This document shows positions 18,720-28,371 of a stretch of 64,000 nucleotides of DNA, piece by piece. How positions within the stretch are numbered: the first letter of the stretch is position 1; each line of letters begins with the position of its first letter. This DNA is from a virus. Lineage: Duplodnaviria; Heunggongvirae; Uroviricota; Caudoviricetes. The notes under the pieces were generated by a model that saw only the letters and a list, made by a program, of their open reading frames with translations, had not been told where the DNA came from and did no database searches. A program made the translations under genes and the position numbers. The stretch covers positions 1-64,000 of the IMG/VR virus record IMGVR_UViG_3300031949_000001; one strand, written 5' to 3'.

Positions 18720-18828
18720 TTAACTTTCCCGTACTTTAGGAACGGGAAAGTTAGAATCGATACCTCCCCACTACCACCTGATGGCATCGAATATAAATAA
18801 TTATACTCGATAACTTTGTTTAAGTCAA
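18720..18828 (-). ncRNA. GRGAGGUAU element, copy G, ending in a 12-bp hairpin
   Basis: TTGACT-17-TATAAT; TCGAT..AGTGGGGAGGTATCGA; then TAACTTTCCCGT/ACGGGAAAGTTA. Confidence 0.55.
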
Positions 18829-19556
18829 GCTCCTATCGTCCATCGCTTGCTTGAGGGTAGCGAGTTTTTCTTTGATTGCATCGCCTACAATAGCCCGCCC
18901 AACCTTTTCGATTGTCGCGATTTGCCCGAGAAGCCCTCGATATTGCTGAATGATCTCCTGATCGGTCATTGCGTTCGGATTCATCTTAATCATACAAGCC
19001 CCATTGAATAAGTCCAAAAATCCTCGGACGCTTTGAAAAACAGAAATTTAACGTTTACTTCCTCGTGGACTGCATCGGACTGGAAATTGATATAGAGCAA
19101 GCCCAGCATCTTAAATGCGCTCTCCCTCTCGTCTTGATCCATGCCTTCTACGTGCTCGTCCCATTCGCGATAAGCATCTGTAAATTCTTTGTATGAGACC
19201 TTACCGGGATATGGCATTTACTTTCCTAACACACTTTCAACTGCTTCGTTCAGAGCGATCACGAGCGCGCAAGCCTCATCGGCTGATACGGCACTGTGAA
19301 TGTGTTGGGGGTCGAAGCCGCGAGAACGAATAGCCTGACCCCGTAAGATCGCGAATTCCCACGCAACAAAGACGTTATAAACGTCCGAGTCATCAGTGAG
19401 ATGCGCGGGCTCTGCGTAAAATACAGGTTTCATGTTATTCCTTCGGGAAATCTTCGTTAGCGACTGGATTGTTGAGCATCCAGATATGGTATTGATACGG
19501 CTGGAGATCAACACGGACAACCGTGCCGAACCCAAGCAAAAGGAAAATCTGCTGCA

Positions 19557-19892
19557 TCATGCGTCAATCCTACCTATCGCGTACGCATCATCGGCGTACT
19601 CTTGCAGCGACTTGGTTGCCTTGAACCACATGTCGCGCTCGATCTTGAGACCGAAGCGAAGCTTGACGCTAGTAATCTCAGACAATGACGCATTGCCCAA
19701 CTCAGGCTCACCCATCCCCAAGTCACAGAGACCATAAAGCGTATCGCCATCGGCATCCAACTCGGTGAACAGCCAAGTAGCTGCACCCATCGGATTGAAG
19801 AGTTTGAGGACAGGTTTGACTTGATCGGCAGGTAAACGCGCCAAAGCGTTCTGTTCGAGGCGGGTGCGAATTTCCTTGGTGAGTATTTTCAT
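19557..19892 (-). CDS. DUF2958 family protein
   Basis: KLFNPxGAATW...YGLCDLGMGEPELG...IERD. Confidence 0.85.
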   Translation of the reverse strand: MKILTKEIRTRLEQNALARLPADQVKPVLKLFNPMGAATWLFTELDADGDTLYGLCDLGMGEPELGNASLSEITSVKLRFGLKIERDMWFKATKSLQEYADDAYAIGRIDA

Positions 19893-20010
19893 GGCTTTCC
19901 TCAGTTGATATAGAGAGTATACAGATAATATTTATAGAAGTCAAGCCTTGACATGATAAAGATATTAGCGTATAGTCTCATACATAGAAAATAACACCGG
20001 ATACTAAAAC

Positions 20011-20550
20011 ATGATCGATATCAAATCAATTCTCGCTCAACAACCACAGCGCCAAGATTCGTTGATGGATCAACTACAAGATTTGCGCATGGTCGCCAAT
20101 CGTTGCGGCATGTACGATGCTGCCGATTATTTGCGCACCTTGATCGAGGACAATCTGACACCGAAGTGTAAACTTCCGCATGCTCCATACACGCCGAACG
20201 ACTGTAAAGGATTCATGACTGACGGGGATGGTAATTTGATCCCGTTGGACAAAAGCGCCCGCGATCCTCAATGGATGCGCGAAGCTATCGCCTATCTTTT
20301 CGATGACTACAAAATCAGTGCGATCCAAGTCATCCGCAATGCATCAGGTTTGTCGCTGAAGGATTCGCTTCTCATCGCCACCCATCTCGAAAAGGATTAC
20401 AAGCTGGGTGTCTATGATCCTGCCAAGCATAGCTTCCTCGCTGAAAAGCCACTCGATACGCTCACTCCGCTTCAGAACGAAGTATATCACAAATTCACGG
20501 CACTGATCGAAGCGGAATACAGCGAACTGCTTGATCGTCTTGACAAGTAA
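20011..20550 (+). CDS. Hypothetical protein with L7/L12 C-terminal-like motif
   Basis: KISAIQVIRNASGLSLKDS. Confidence 0.6.
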   Translation: MIDIKSILAQQPQRQDSLMDQLQDLRMVANRCGMYDAADYLRTLIEDNLTPKCKLPHAPYTPNDCKGFMTDGDGNLIPLDKSARDPQWMREAIAYLFDDYKISAIQVIRNASGLSLKDSLLIATHLEKDYKLGVYDPAKHSFLAEKPLDTLTPLQNEVYHKFTALIEAEYSELLDRLDK

Positions 20551-20814
20551 GTTCAAAACAGGTACAATGTAGTTAATGTGATTGAGGAACGATGGCGCGA
20601 AGTAGGGACGCCGAAACCGCACAGAGCCTCGAAAGCAGAACACCGATGTAGTATGGATCGACAAAAGACGAAGGGTTGGCTCTCTTTGTTAACAAATCGA
20701 TCACCTAGCCAAAGGGAATCGGGGGCATTGCGCTCCCGGCATCGTTTAGTAGAATAGGTCAAGGCGCCGAGCACAATTAAATCGGTGTCCTTGTCCTATT
20801 CTCTTTAACATCCG

Positions 20815-20913
20815 TTGCTCCATAGCGCCATGCGCTTCGACCGAAAGTCGATACCTCTCCACTGGTTCCCGATACCATAAAAGAATTATACTAGTAAACT
20901 TTGTTTGTGTCAA
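20815..20913 (-). ncRNA. GRGAGGUAU element, copy F
   Basis: TTGACA-17-TATAAT; ATGGTATCGGGAACCAGTGGAGAGGTATCGACTTTCGGTCGAAGCGCATGGCGCT. Confidence 0.55.
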
Positions 20914-21154
20914 TTGATATCGGTACAAAGTCTTGCGTGTGCTGCTTTCTTTGCAAGAGACCTACGAACACGGCGCCTCGCCATGCGTCCCGAGAATCCA
21001 CCACCTAACCACATCTTTTTCTTGAAGTGTTTCATTGTATCCTTGTGAGAAAAAAGAGTGAGCTTCTTGGCGGTTTCGGTCCTATGTACTTCTGCCCTTA
21101 ATCCCGGAGCATACGTCACTCACAACACCAGTTTACTAGTAAACTTTGTTCTTG

Positions 21155-21478
21155 TCAAGTGACGAAAACCACCCAATCCCCAGCTTCGTCATACTCGGCA
21201 ACCAATTTGCCCTTACTCAAGGATTTCGGAAAGAAGCCAGGAAACAGATCACGCAATTTACCTACCATGCGGACATCCCAAGCCATAACTACGTTGTGGG
21301 CTTTTCCTGCGAGTTCCTTGATGGATACATCGAAGGGTTGACGCTCGGCGACCGAATGAAACATGGCAGTGACTGCCGCCTCGTATGGGTTTGCACCACC
21401 CACGCCATACATACCACCCCGCTCGATAGCGCTAAAGACCTCGCGGGCAACTTGTTCTTTGATGGTTTCGTACTTCAT
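21155..21478 (-). CDS. Hypothetical protein
   Basis: GGAG RBS; minus-strand operon. Confidence 0.65.
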   Translation of the reverse strand: MKYETIKEQVAREVFSAIERGGMYGVGGANPYEAAVTAMFHSVAERQPFDVSIKELAGKAHNVVMAWDVRMVGKLRDLFPGFFPKSLSKGKLVAEYDEAGDWVVFVT

Positions 21479-21482
21479 ATTA

Positions 21483-21863
21483 CTAGTACTCCGTTTTAAG
21501 AATCGTGCAAATCTTACCTTGGCTCAGGCGACATTTGCCATTCTTGTAACAAATCAACTCACCTTCCCACTCGAACACGTCACGCCTGACTTCACCAAAA
21601 ATCGCGTTCTTCGAGCGCGACTTGATTTGTGGCTTGTCGAAAACCTGCATCATGGTATCGTACAAATCGGGCGAGTCGGGTAACGTACCCCAATCCGCTG
21701 CCAGGATGCAATTGTCACCACCATATGAGGCAATGACAAACATGATTTTACCTTTGTAGCGGTGCCCCGGTTTTGGGTACAAATGCCCCCAGGTTGCCGC
21801 CATAACTTGCGCCCGATAGCGCGCCTCGACAGGTGCGAATGCATCAGCAAGGGACATTGTCAA
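21483..21863 (-). CDS. Hypothetical protein
   Basis: Coupled operon. Confidence 0.65.
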   Translation of the reverse strand: MTMSLADAFAPVEARYRAQVMAATWGHLYPKPGHRYKGKIMFVIASYGGDNCILAADWGTLPDSPDLYDTMMQVFDKPQIKSRSKNAIFGEVRRDVFEWEGELICYKNGKCRLSQGKICTILKTEY

Positions 21864-22059
21864 TCCTTTCGAGCTTTCCGTTGACCCAACGATAGTTGAC
21901 CGGCTCAGTGGATTCGACCACGCGAGTATCTGTTACCAGTGTCCAGCGCGAGAACAGATCGGCAACGTTTGCCGCCGCTTCCGCATGTGTCGCAAAGCGC
22001 AGTGCGTTGCCGCACCATTTGCCGCTCGCGTCCGCGATCACTTCAGGTTTGTATGACAT
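21844..22059 (-). CDS. Phage hypothetical protein
   Basis: MSYKPEV...NALRFAT. Confidence 0.65.
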   Translation of the reverse strand: MSYKPEVIADASGKWCGNALRFATHAEAAANVADLFSRWTLVTDTRVVESTEPVNYRWVNGKLERIDNVPC

Positions 22060-22069
22060 TTCGAATCCT

Positions 22070-22447
22070 TTACGCAATGTGAATCATATCATCGTCACCC
22101 ACGTACAACGTGCAGATGCTAGCATCATGCGCGAGCCGAGTCAACTCCTCGCCCGTGTAGGCTAAATCGCGGTCCCAAAAGCCTGCCCCGTGGTGATTGC
22201 GGGTAAGCCAAAAATCTTGCCCCGCTTGTTCGGGCGTTAAGCCTGAAGCGTTCAGGCAAGCCGCACCCTGCGAGGATTCGCAAAAGCGTTTGCAATCCTG
22301 GCGCATCTTATCCGTTGCTTCCGGTGACAGATTCTCGATTGTGAAACCTCTGTCGATGAATGACTGGTCGGTTTCGCCATCGGTTTCCGCCCATAGGGCG
22401 CACTTGACATAAGCAGCGAAAAACTTTTCAGCGTATGACATTGTCAA
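22070..22447 (-). CDS. Phage hypothetical protein
   Basis: GQDFWLTRNHHGAGFWDR motif. Confidence 0.75.
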   Translation of the reverse strand: MTMSYAEKFFAAYVKCALWAETDGETDQSFIDRGFTIENLSPEATDKMRQDCKRFCESSQGAACLNASGLTPEQAGQDFWLTRNHHGAGFWDRDLAYTGEELTRLAHDASICTLYVGDDDMIHIA

Positions 22448-22703
22448 CCCTTTGAGAAAATCTCTGTTACTGGCAACACTACCTCGTGCGTGTATCCGAC
22501 GATAACCACATTAGCGTAACGCTTATCTCGCTCATGCTTCGCGACAATCCGCGCTGCGACTAATTCGCCTAACCATTGGACACGTACTAATTGAGCAAAT
22601 TTCATAATAGGCGCATTCTATCCTATTATTTTTATCATGTCAAGCTTGTATTTTAATTTTAATGCGAGTATAATGGTTTCATTGAATCGAGAGGAGTACA
22701 CAA

Positions 22704-23075
22704 ATGGGCTGGTCCTGCTCTGCTGCTGCAAACTTCACCCTGGACGCGATTACCGAAATCCAGAAAAAACTGGGCAGCGTAACGTCCAATGGTCTCGTCC
22801 TGAACGGAAACCCCAATGCAGGCTTTTGGGAAGCGTCCCGTAAAGAGCACGACGATGGGTCGATCACTGGTAGCGTTTGGACAATGGTAGGCACCGATTC
22901 TTGCCGTCGTACTGGAACCTTTCGCATTAACGCCAACGGCACCATAGAGCGCTTTTCGAGCATACCGCGCCGCTTGCTGATCGAGGCGGAAAATGCTGGA
23001 GCGCGCAAGTTCCGTACAGTATACGGTATTTTTCAAGCGGACCGCGAGAACGTGAAGAAAGTACCGCTTGACTAA
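22704..23075 (+). CDS. Hypothetical protein
   Basis: Promoter plus GAGGAG RBS. Confidence 0.7.
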   Translation: MGWSCSAAANFTLDAITEIQKKLGSVTSNGLVLNGNPNAGFWEASRKEHDDGSITGSVWTMVGTDSCRRTGTFRINANGTIERFSSIPRRLLIEAENAGARKFRTVYGIFQADRENVKKVPLD

Positions 23076-23362
23076 ATAAAAGAAAAGGCGCATACTACTT
23101 CACATGAGTAACCGAGTCAAGAGCAAGCGCCGCATTGCCGCCAACCGTACCAGCGAGGATTTCCGCAAATGATGCTCACTTCCACCCAAAGGTTTATCGT
23201 AGCACAAATCGACTCACCCGTGTCACGATTTAACAGTTGTTGCTTCGCGACCGGCACTTTGACGATGGACGACTTAGCCCGTTGGTATTTCGTTTAGTGC
23301 TTGACGCGCTCCAATATCTTTGCTATGATAGCATCCATCAACTGAGGAGAGGAAACAAACAA

Positions 23363-23743
23363 ATGCGAAACTACATCGAAACCATCGAAATCCTCGGCTG
23401 GGGTGAGCCGAATTTCAGGGCAATCGCGCTCGCTCTTGCGAAGTCGAACCCCGCGCTTTTCATCGAATTGCACTATCTGACCGATGTCGCGAAAACCCCG
23501 CAATGGATTCGCACCGTGGTTGGACATGTGCGCGCCGATCAACTGATTGACGCCGTCAAAGAAACGCGCCGGGCGACTGGTCTTGGACTGAGCGACGCAA
23601 AGGCAATCGTTGACCATGCTTTTTACATTCTCGGACTGCGTGGTGTGCCGCACTTGACAATCAACTGTGCCGAACACCACGATTACATCAACCAGATTGT
23701 GACCTATGCCCGCTTCGTAGGGTGCAATCCTACCCCGAATTAG
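23363..23743 (+). CDS. Hypothetical protein with L7/L12 C-terminal-like motif
   Basis: IDAVKETRRATGLGLSDAKAIVD; start re-called after RBS. Confidence 0.65.
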   Translation: MRNYIETIEILGWGEPNFRAIALALAKSNPALFIELHYLTDVAKTPQWIRTVVGHVRADQLIDAVKETRRATGLGLSDAKAIVDHAFYILGLRGVPHLTINCAEHHDYINQIVTYARFVGCNPTPN

Positions 23744-23800
23744 CTTGACGCGCCCGAATATCTTTGCTATAATACTTCTGTCAATTGAGAGGAGTCAAGC

Positions 23801-24121
23801 ATGAGCAAAGAAGTCGGACCGCTGCCAGTGGTCGGAATGGGTTGCACCGAAATCGTAGGATCGGACCGCTACGCGGGAACGATTACCTGGGTTTCGCCGA
23901 GTCTCAAGGAATTCCGCTATACGCACGATGAGTGCAACATGATCGAAGGTTCGGGCATGTCCGAGCATCAAGTGTATGAATACACGACGGTTCCGGGCGC
24001 GCATGAGAGTACCGCCAAGCTTTCGCGCCGCGTGCTGGACAAAGGGCTGAATCGGTATCACAATACCGGAACGCCCGTGATCGTTGACTACCGTCGAGCC
24101 TACCGCGACCCGAGCTTCTGA
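23801..24121 (+). CDS. Phage hypothetical protein
   Basis: VGMGCT...SDRY...YRDPSF; promoter plus RBS. Confidence 0.75.
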   Translation: MSKEVGPLPVVGMGCTEIVGSDRYAGTITWVSPSLKEFRYTHDECNMIEGSGMSEHQVYEYTTVPGAHESTAKLSRRVLDKGLNRYHNTGTPVIVDYRRAYRDPSF

Positions 24122-24265
24122 TTTAACAGTTTTACCCCTCGGATACACCGCAGAAAGCGGCGCGGAATTCCGAGGGATTTTTTCATGCCCTCAAGATAAT
24201 CCTTGACGGGCGGGAATATCTTTGCTATAATGCTTTCCATGGTGAACGAACAAAGGAAAGCAGAG

Positions 24266-24838
24266 ATGACCGCAATGACCGCCATCCTCGAAATGCCGAA
24301 TGACCTTCCTTTCACAGTTGCACCCGCTGTCGGGCGTGACATTCGTTACAATGCTGTTGCTGATCCCGCCGATCATACTGCACACGCCATGCGTGGTCAA
24401 CTCGAAGATCGTGCAGACATTGTTAAATTCCTCGAAGCTGGCAACGCGACTGTCACAATCGTCAGCAAAAAATCGGGCACGCGCTACACGTTCAAATTCT
24501 CGCGCCCGAAGGTCGAAGCCAACCGTTCGCGCCCGATTTGGGTTAGCATCCTGTCGGGACAGAACAATGACAGCGATTACACATTCGCGGGCACGGTTTG
24601 GATTAACGCGATGGGATACGCTTTTCATCTTGGACGCGAGTCTACCATCAAAGCGACTGCACCGAGCATGCTGCTGCTGTCATGGTTCCTCAAGCATCTG
24701 AACGCAGGCAGCGACGCTGCTTTGACCCGTCAAGCAGAATTCTGGCATGAGGGGCGTTGTGGTCGTTGTGGTCGCACTCTGACCGTGCCCGGTTCTATTG
24801 CTTCAGGTTTCGGACCCGAGTGTATCACAAAAGTCTGA
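24266..24838 (+). CDS. DUF6011-like zinc-finger protein
   Basis: HEGRCGRCGRTLTVPGSIASGFGPEC. Confidence 0.8.
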   Translation: MTAMTAILEMPNDLPFTVAPAVGRDIRYNAVADPADHTAHAMRGQLEDRADIVKFLEAGNATVTIVSKKSGTRYTFKFSRPKVEANRSRPIWVSILSGQNNDSDYTFAGTVWINAMGYAFHLGRESTIKATAPSMLLLSWFLKHLNAGSDAALTRQAEFWHEGRCGRCGRTLTVPGSIASGFGPECITKV

Positions 24839-25355
24839 GGATACAAGGGGCTTGACAGCAAGCCCTTTTTCGTTTATAATAATACCATACTGAATCGAGA
24901 CAAGGCAAATGGAAACCAGACCGAACATTTTCACCGTCTACCCAGCCGAAGGGGTATTTAACAGTTTCTCGGAAGCTGTCAAGGGCTGGATCGATCAGGG
25001 TTGCCCGAAGCGTAAAGGGTCGAGCGTATGGGTAACGGAAGATGCTTTCGACGGGAGCGCTTACGTTACCGTTGGGCGGACCGTGACGCTGGAACGCGCA
25101 TAATGTACAAAATCGTTCGCTCGTATCAGAACACTTACGGGCATCGCGTAATCGCTCGTGGTTTGACGCTCGCCGAAGCACAGGAATATTGCCGCGACCC
25201 GGAAACGTCGAGCCGAACCTGCCAGAAAGCAGCAGGACGCGCCCGCACGCGCAAGATGGGACCGTGGTTTGACGGATACGACAAGGAATAATCCTTGACA
25301 AGTGGGGTGAATATATTTATAATTATCCCATAGTCGATTGAGAGAGTAAAAAGGT

Positions 25356-25715
25356 ATGAATAACGTGATGCCAGCAACGCCTGCAATGGTTCGCAACCGT
25401 CAACGCTCCGATATGGAAAAGGCTGCATTGTCCGGTAAGACCTATGAGGTTGCCGAGTATCACTATCGACAAGGTCTCATGTCCGAGCTTGAATATCGTT
25501 GGTTCAAATTTTTTTGGACGTGGAGTGCCGTCCGATTTGCAGCCACCGCTGGACGCAAGCATGACCGTGCCTTTGATCGACTTGGTACGACACTCTATCA
25601 CAAACGGATTGCTAAGGTGCGCCGGATGATCGCTCGCGCTGTTTACAATGAGCAAAAGCGTTGGGATGCACAAGTCGCTGAATGTAACGCAAAGGTTGCC
25701 AACATTCCCGCTTGA
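25356..25715 (+). CDS. Hypothetical protein
   Basis: TTGACA-17-TATAAT promoter upstream. Confidence 0.65.
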   Translation: MNNVMPATPAMVRNRQRSDMEKAALSGKTYEVAEYHYRQGLMSELEYRWFKFFWTWSAVRFAATAGRKHDRAFDRLGTTLYHKRIAKVRRMIARAVYNEQKRWDAQVAECNAKVANIPA

Positions 25716-25943
25716 CAAGTTCACCGAATTCGATTATAATAATACCATACTGAGAGAGGGAAGAGCAAATGGTGGAAATCAAAGGAATACCGGCGCATCC
25801 TGTGCTTCTCGCGATTTTGTTTCCCGTACTAGTAAAGGAGCAAGCTGAATTGGAACAACGCTTGCAAGCTTTGCTCTGTACCCCTTGGGGTATCGGGTTG
25901 TGTCCGGTCACACAACCGCAAGACTGCGACGAGTGGCTGTAGC

Positions 25944-26210
25944 ATGAGAAAATCTCTCATGCTACACGTCGAGCACTTTTTCAAAGGCAAGGATGCGCCT
26001 GCGACCGTGTCAATCTGGCAGATACTACCCGAGCATGTGGAGCCGAACGTGGTAGGCGATGCTCGCCGTACTGAGATTCTGGTGCAAGCGTACCTTACGA
26101 CCGAAGGCGACCCGAAGGCAGGACGCAAGCTTTACGCGCAGTGCGATGGCACAAACCCGGAAGAGCAAGACTACATGGTGGAGCAACAGATCGATGACAC
26201 AGTTCTCTGA
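25944..26210 (+). CDS. Hypothetical protein
   Basis: Operon context. Confidence 0.6.
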   Translation: MRKSLMLHVEHFFKGKDAPATVSIWQILPEHVEPNVVGDARRTEILVQAYLTTEGDPKAGRKLYAQCDGTNPEEQDYMVEQQIDDTVL

Positions 26211-26652
26211 CATTCCAGTAGGCGCGTACTTCACGCTTTTCCCCCACGTCGATAGTTCGCTTTGTGTCAAGCTGTCAAACGGGTCGAGTGCGCAAGGCTA
26301 TGGAGCGTATCGGTTCGTTAACGACCCAGTCGCTTGGGTGCCTTACCTGATAGCGCATTGGTGCGACGTGACGCCACGCTCCGATACCGTCATCATCCGC
26401 CGCGACCGCGATACCGGCGCCCCTATTGCTTTCGTGCCCGAGGGCGAAGCCAACCCCGGTATGTTGATATGTTACGCACACGTTGGACAACATAGTGAAG
26501 CCTGCCGCGCATATTATGCCAGCACAAAGCCTGCGCACTATTATGATGCGGATGTCGAGGCATTGGTGCGCGAGCTTGTGAGTGTAGGCTATGCCGTGCA
26601 TCTCGTCAAGCGCTTGCCAAGCTGGAGAGTATTGGCTAAGCGCAAGGCTTGA
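26194..26652 (+). CDS. Hypothetical protein
   Basis: CYAHVGQHS motif; start re-called. Confidence 0.6.
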   Translation: MTQFSDIPVGAYFTLFPHVDSSLCVKLSNGSSAQGYGAYRFVNDPVAWVPYLIAHWCDVTPRSDTVIIRRDRDTGAPIAFVPEGEANPGMLICYAHVGQHSEACRAYYASTKPAHYYDADVEALVRELVSVGYAVHLVKRLPSWRVLAKRKA

Positions 26653-27027
26653 CAAGTGTGAGGTATAGTAGTATAATACTCTCACACTAAGCGAGGGAAG
26701 AGAGATGAGGAGTTCACAGTTCGATACAATCACTACATCTGTCCGGTATGATGAGGCAGATAGTGTATGGTATTGGAACGTCAAGGTAGGCGAGTACAAT
26801 GAGCGTGAGGGGTGCGCCGGCACACGCAAGGCTGCGCTTGACAAGGTTAACGATGTAGTGGAGGAATGTATCTAGGCATGTAGTATACCATAGGCTAGAC
26901 GTGGGGGCTACCCCCGCCAGCCTGGAACGCTAGACGAATTCCTAAAAATGTTTTGAGGGGTGACCACTCTGTTTTATAATTTTTATTCTAGACCCCCCCG
27001 CCCTTATAAAAAGGGGTTGCAGTAATC

Positions 27028-27139
27028 AAAATCACAAAATGGAATTTGAGGATCGAAAAAATCGATCCGATGCAAAAAGAAAAATCACAAAATGGAATTT
27101 GAGGATCGAAAAAATCGATCCGATGCAAAAAGAAAAATC
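27028..27139 (+). repeat. 53-bp perfect tandem repeat (2 copies plus a partial)
   Basis: AAAATCACAAAATGGAATTTGAGGATCGAAAAAATCGATCCGATGCAAAAAGA at 27028 and 27081. Confidence 0.95.
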
Positions 27140-27222
27140 TCAAATAATTCGACCACATTCCTACATAATTGACCCGCCTTTTAAAATATGGGACTCCCAC
27201 AAAATTAAAAAATTATACCCAA

Positions 27223-27525
27223 ATGTTTACACTACCAACTAATGAAGAGCTACTTATTGAAATCAAAGCTTGCCGAAATTCTGGACAGATGTCAGAAGAA
27301 TTAGGTAATATGTTTTTTCAAATTTGTGATCAGTTCATAAATCTGAAGAAGTTTGAACATTTCACGGATGAATGGAAGAAGCCACGACAAGAATATGCTT
27401 TGGATTCTTTACAGCGAATGTGGCAACATTTCAATCCAGAAAAAAGTTCTAATCCGATGGGTTACTTCCGGTGTTGTGTTGGTTGTGCTATTGCTGCGTT
27501 TCGTAAAAAAGAGATGCAAGTATAA
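27223..27525 (+). CDS. Short T4 gp55-like late sigma factor homolog
   Basis: NEELLIEI...LGNMF...WQHFNPEKSSNPMGYF, resembling gp55 region 2. Confidence 0.7.
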   Translation: MFTLPTNEELLIEIKACRNSGQMSEELGNMFFQICDQFINLKKFEHFTDEWKKPRQEYALDSLQRMWQHFNPEKSSNPMGYFRCCVGCAIAAFRKKEMQV

Positions 27526-27745
27526 TATTGATATCCCCCTTTTTTAAAAGTTGGGACTCCTCCAAAAAATTTTTAGCTACCAAAATTTTTGATATCCCAG
27601 GACAAAATTGTATCACCAATTATATCGATTTACATCTTTCCGAAGATGAACGCTGATAAAATGAATCTACCGGTCAAAGGTATTTTTTTATGCCTTGATG
27701 CACCTACAATGTAATTGACACCAAAGAATTTACTCACAATTAAAA

Positions 27746-27772
27746 CAAAAAACCGCCTTCGGGCGGCTTTTT
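27746..27772. terminator. Bidirectional intrinsic terminator
   Basis: A run, CCGCC-TTCG-GGCGG, T run. Confidence 0.8.
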
Positions 27773-27789
27773 GTTAATATGATATTGAA

Positions 27790-28371
27790 TTATAGTAGAA
27801 TTAGGGTTTTGTTAGCAAGGTCTACTAGATTAGCTCCTATAATTTGATTTATTTGATTGTTAGCTAATTGAGAATTAACTTCATCAATAAAGCTTTGTAG
27901 TTGGTTTGCTGCTTGTTGCGTACGACCAGCGTCGATATGACGAATTGCGTTTCTAAGTCTCGCGACAAGTTGATTTTCGTGGAATGTTACGTCACCGTTA
28001 GCAATTCCATCGTCAAGCATTGTGCTTGCAGCATCAACATAATCAAGAGCGGATGCGACACCAACAAAGAAAGTAAAAATTTCAAGAATGGTGCCACTGC
28101 TTACAGCACCGTCTTCAACGATAACTGTAAACATGCCTGCTTGTGGTGGTTGTATGTAGTTGCTTCCAACTTGTGCGGTAGGTGCTAGGTTCATGGCATA
28201 CCAAGGCGAAAGAGTAACTCCGATTGGTTGTGCGCTAATATTTTTTACTATAACTTCGCTGACAACTAATGCTCCGAATTCACTATACATGATGTTACAT
28301 GGACCTAGAAAATATTGCGGGTCATTAATTGATAGTTCAGTGTATGCCCCTGTGCAGAATATCTGTGACAT
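27790..28371 (-). CDS. Putative virion or surface protein with FIMAH-like C-terminal helical domain
   Basis: AANQLQSFIDEV...LVDLANKTL; AATAAATA late-type promoter upstream. Confidence 0.55.
   Translation of the reverse strand: MSQIFCTGAYTELSINDPQYFLGPCNIMYSEFGALVVSEVIVKNISAQPIGVTLSPWYAMNLAPTAQVGSNYIQPPQAGMFTVIVEDGAVSSGTILEIFTFFVGVASALDYVDAASTMLDDGIANGDVTFHENQLVARLRNAIRHIDAGRTQQAANQLQSFIDEVNSQLANNQINQIIGANLVDLANKTLILL

Noticed and set aside
27028-27139. CRISPR array
   Set aside because: Two adjacent copies with no spacer and no cas genes
26988-27242. ORFs across the 53-bp tandem repeat
   Set aside because: By-products of the repeat with no RBS
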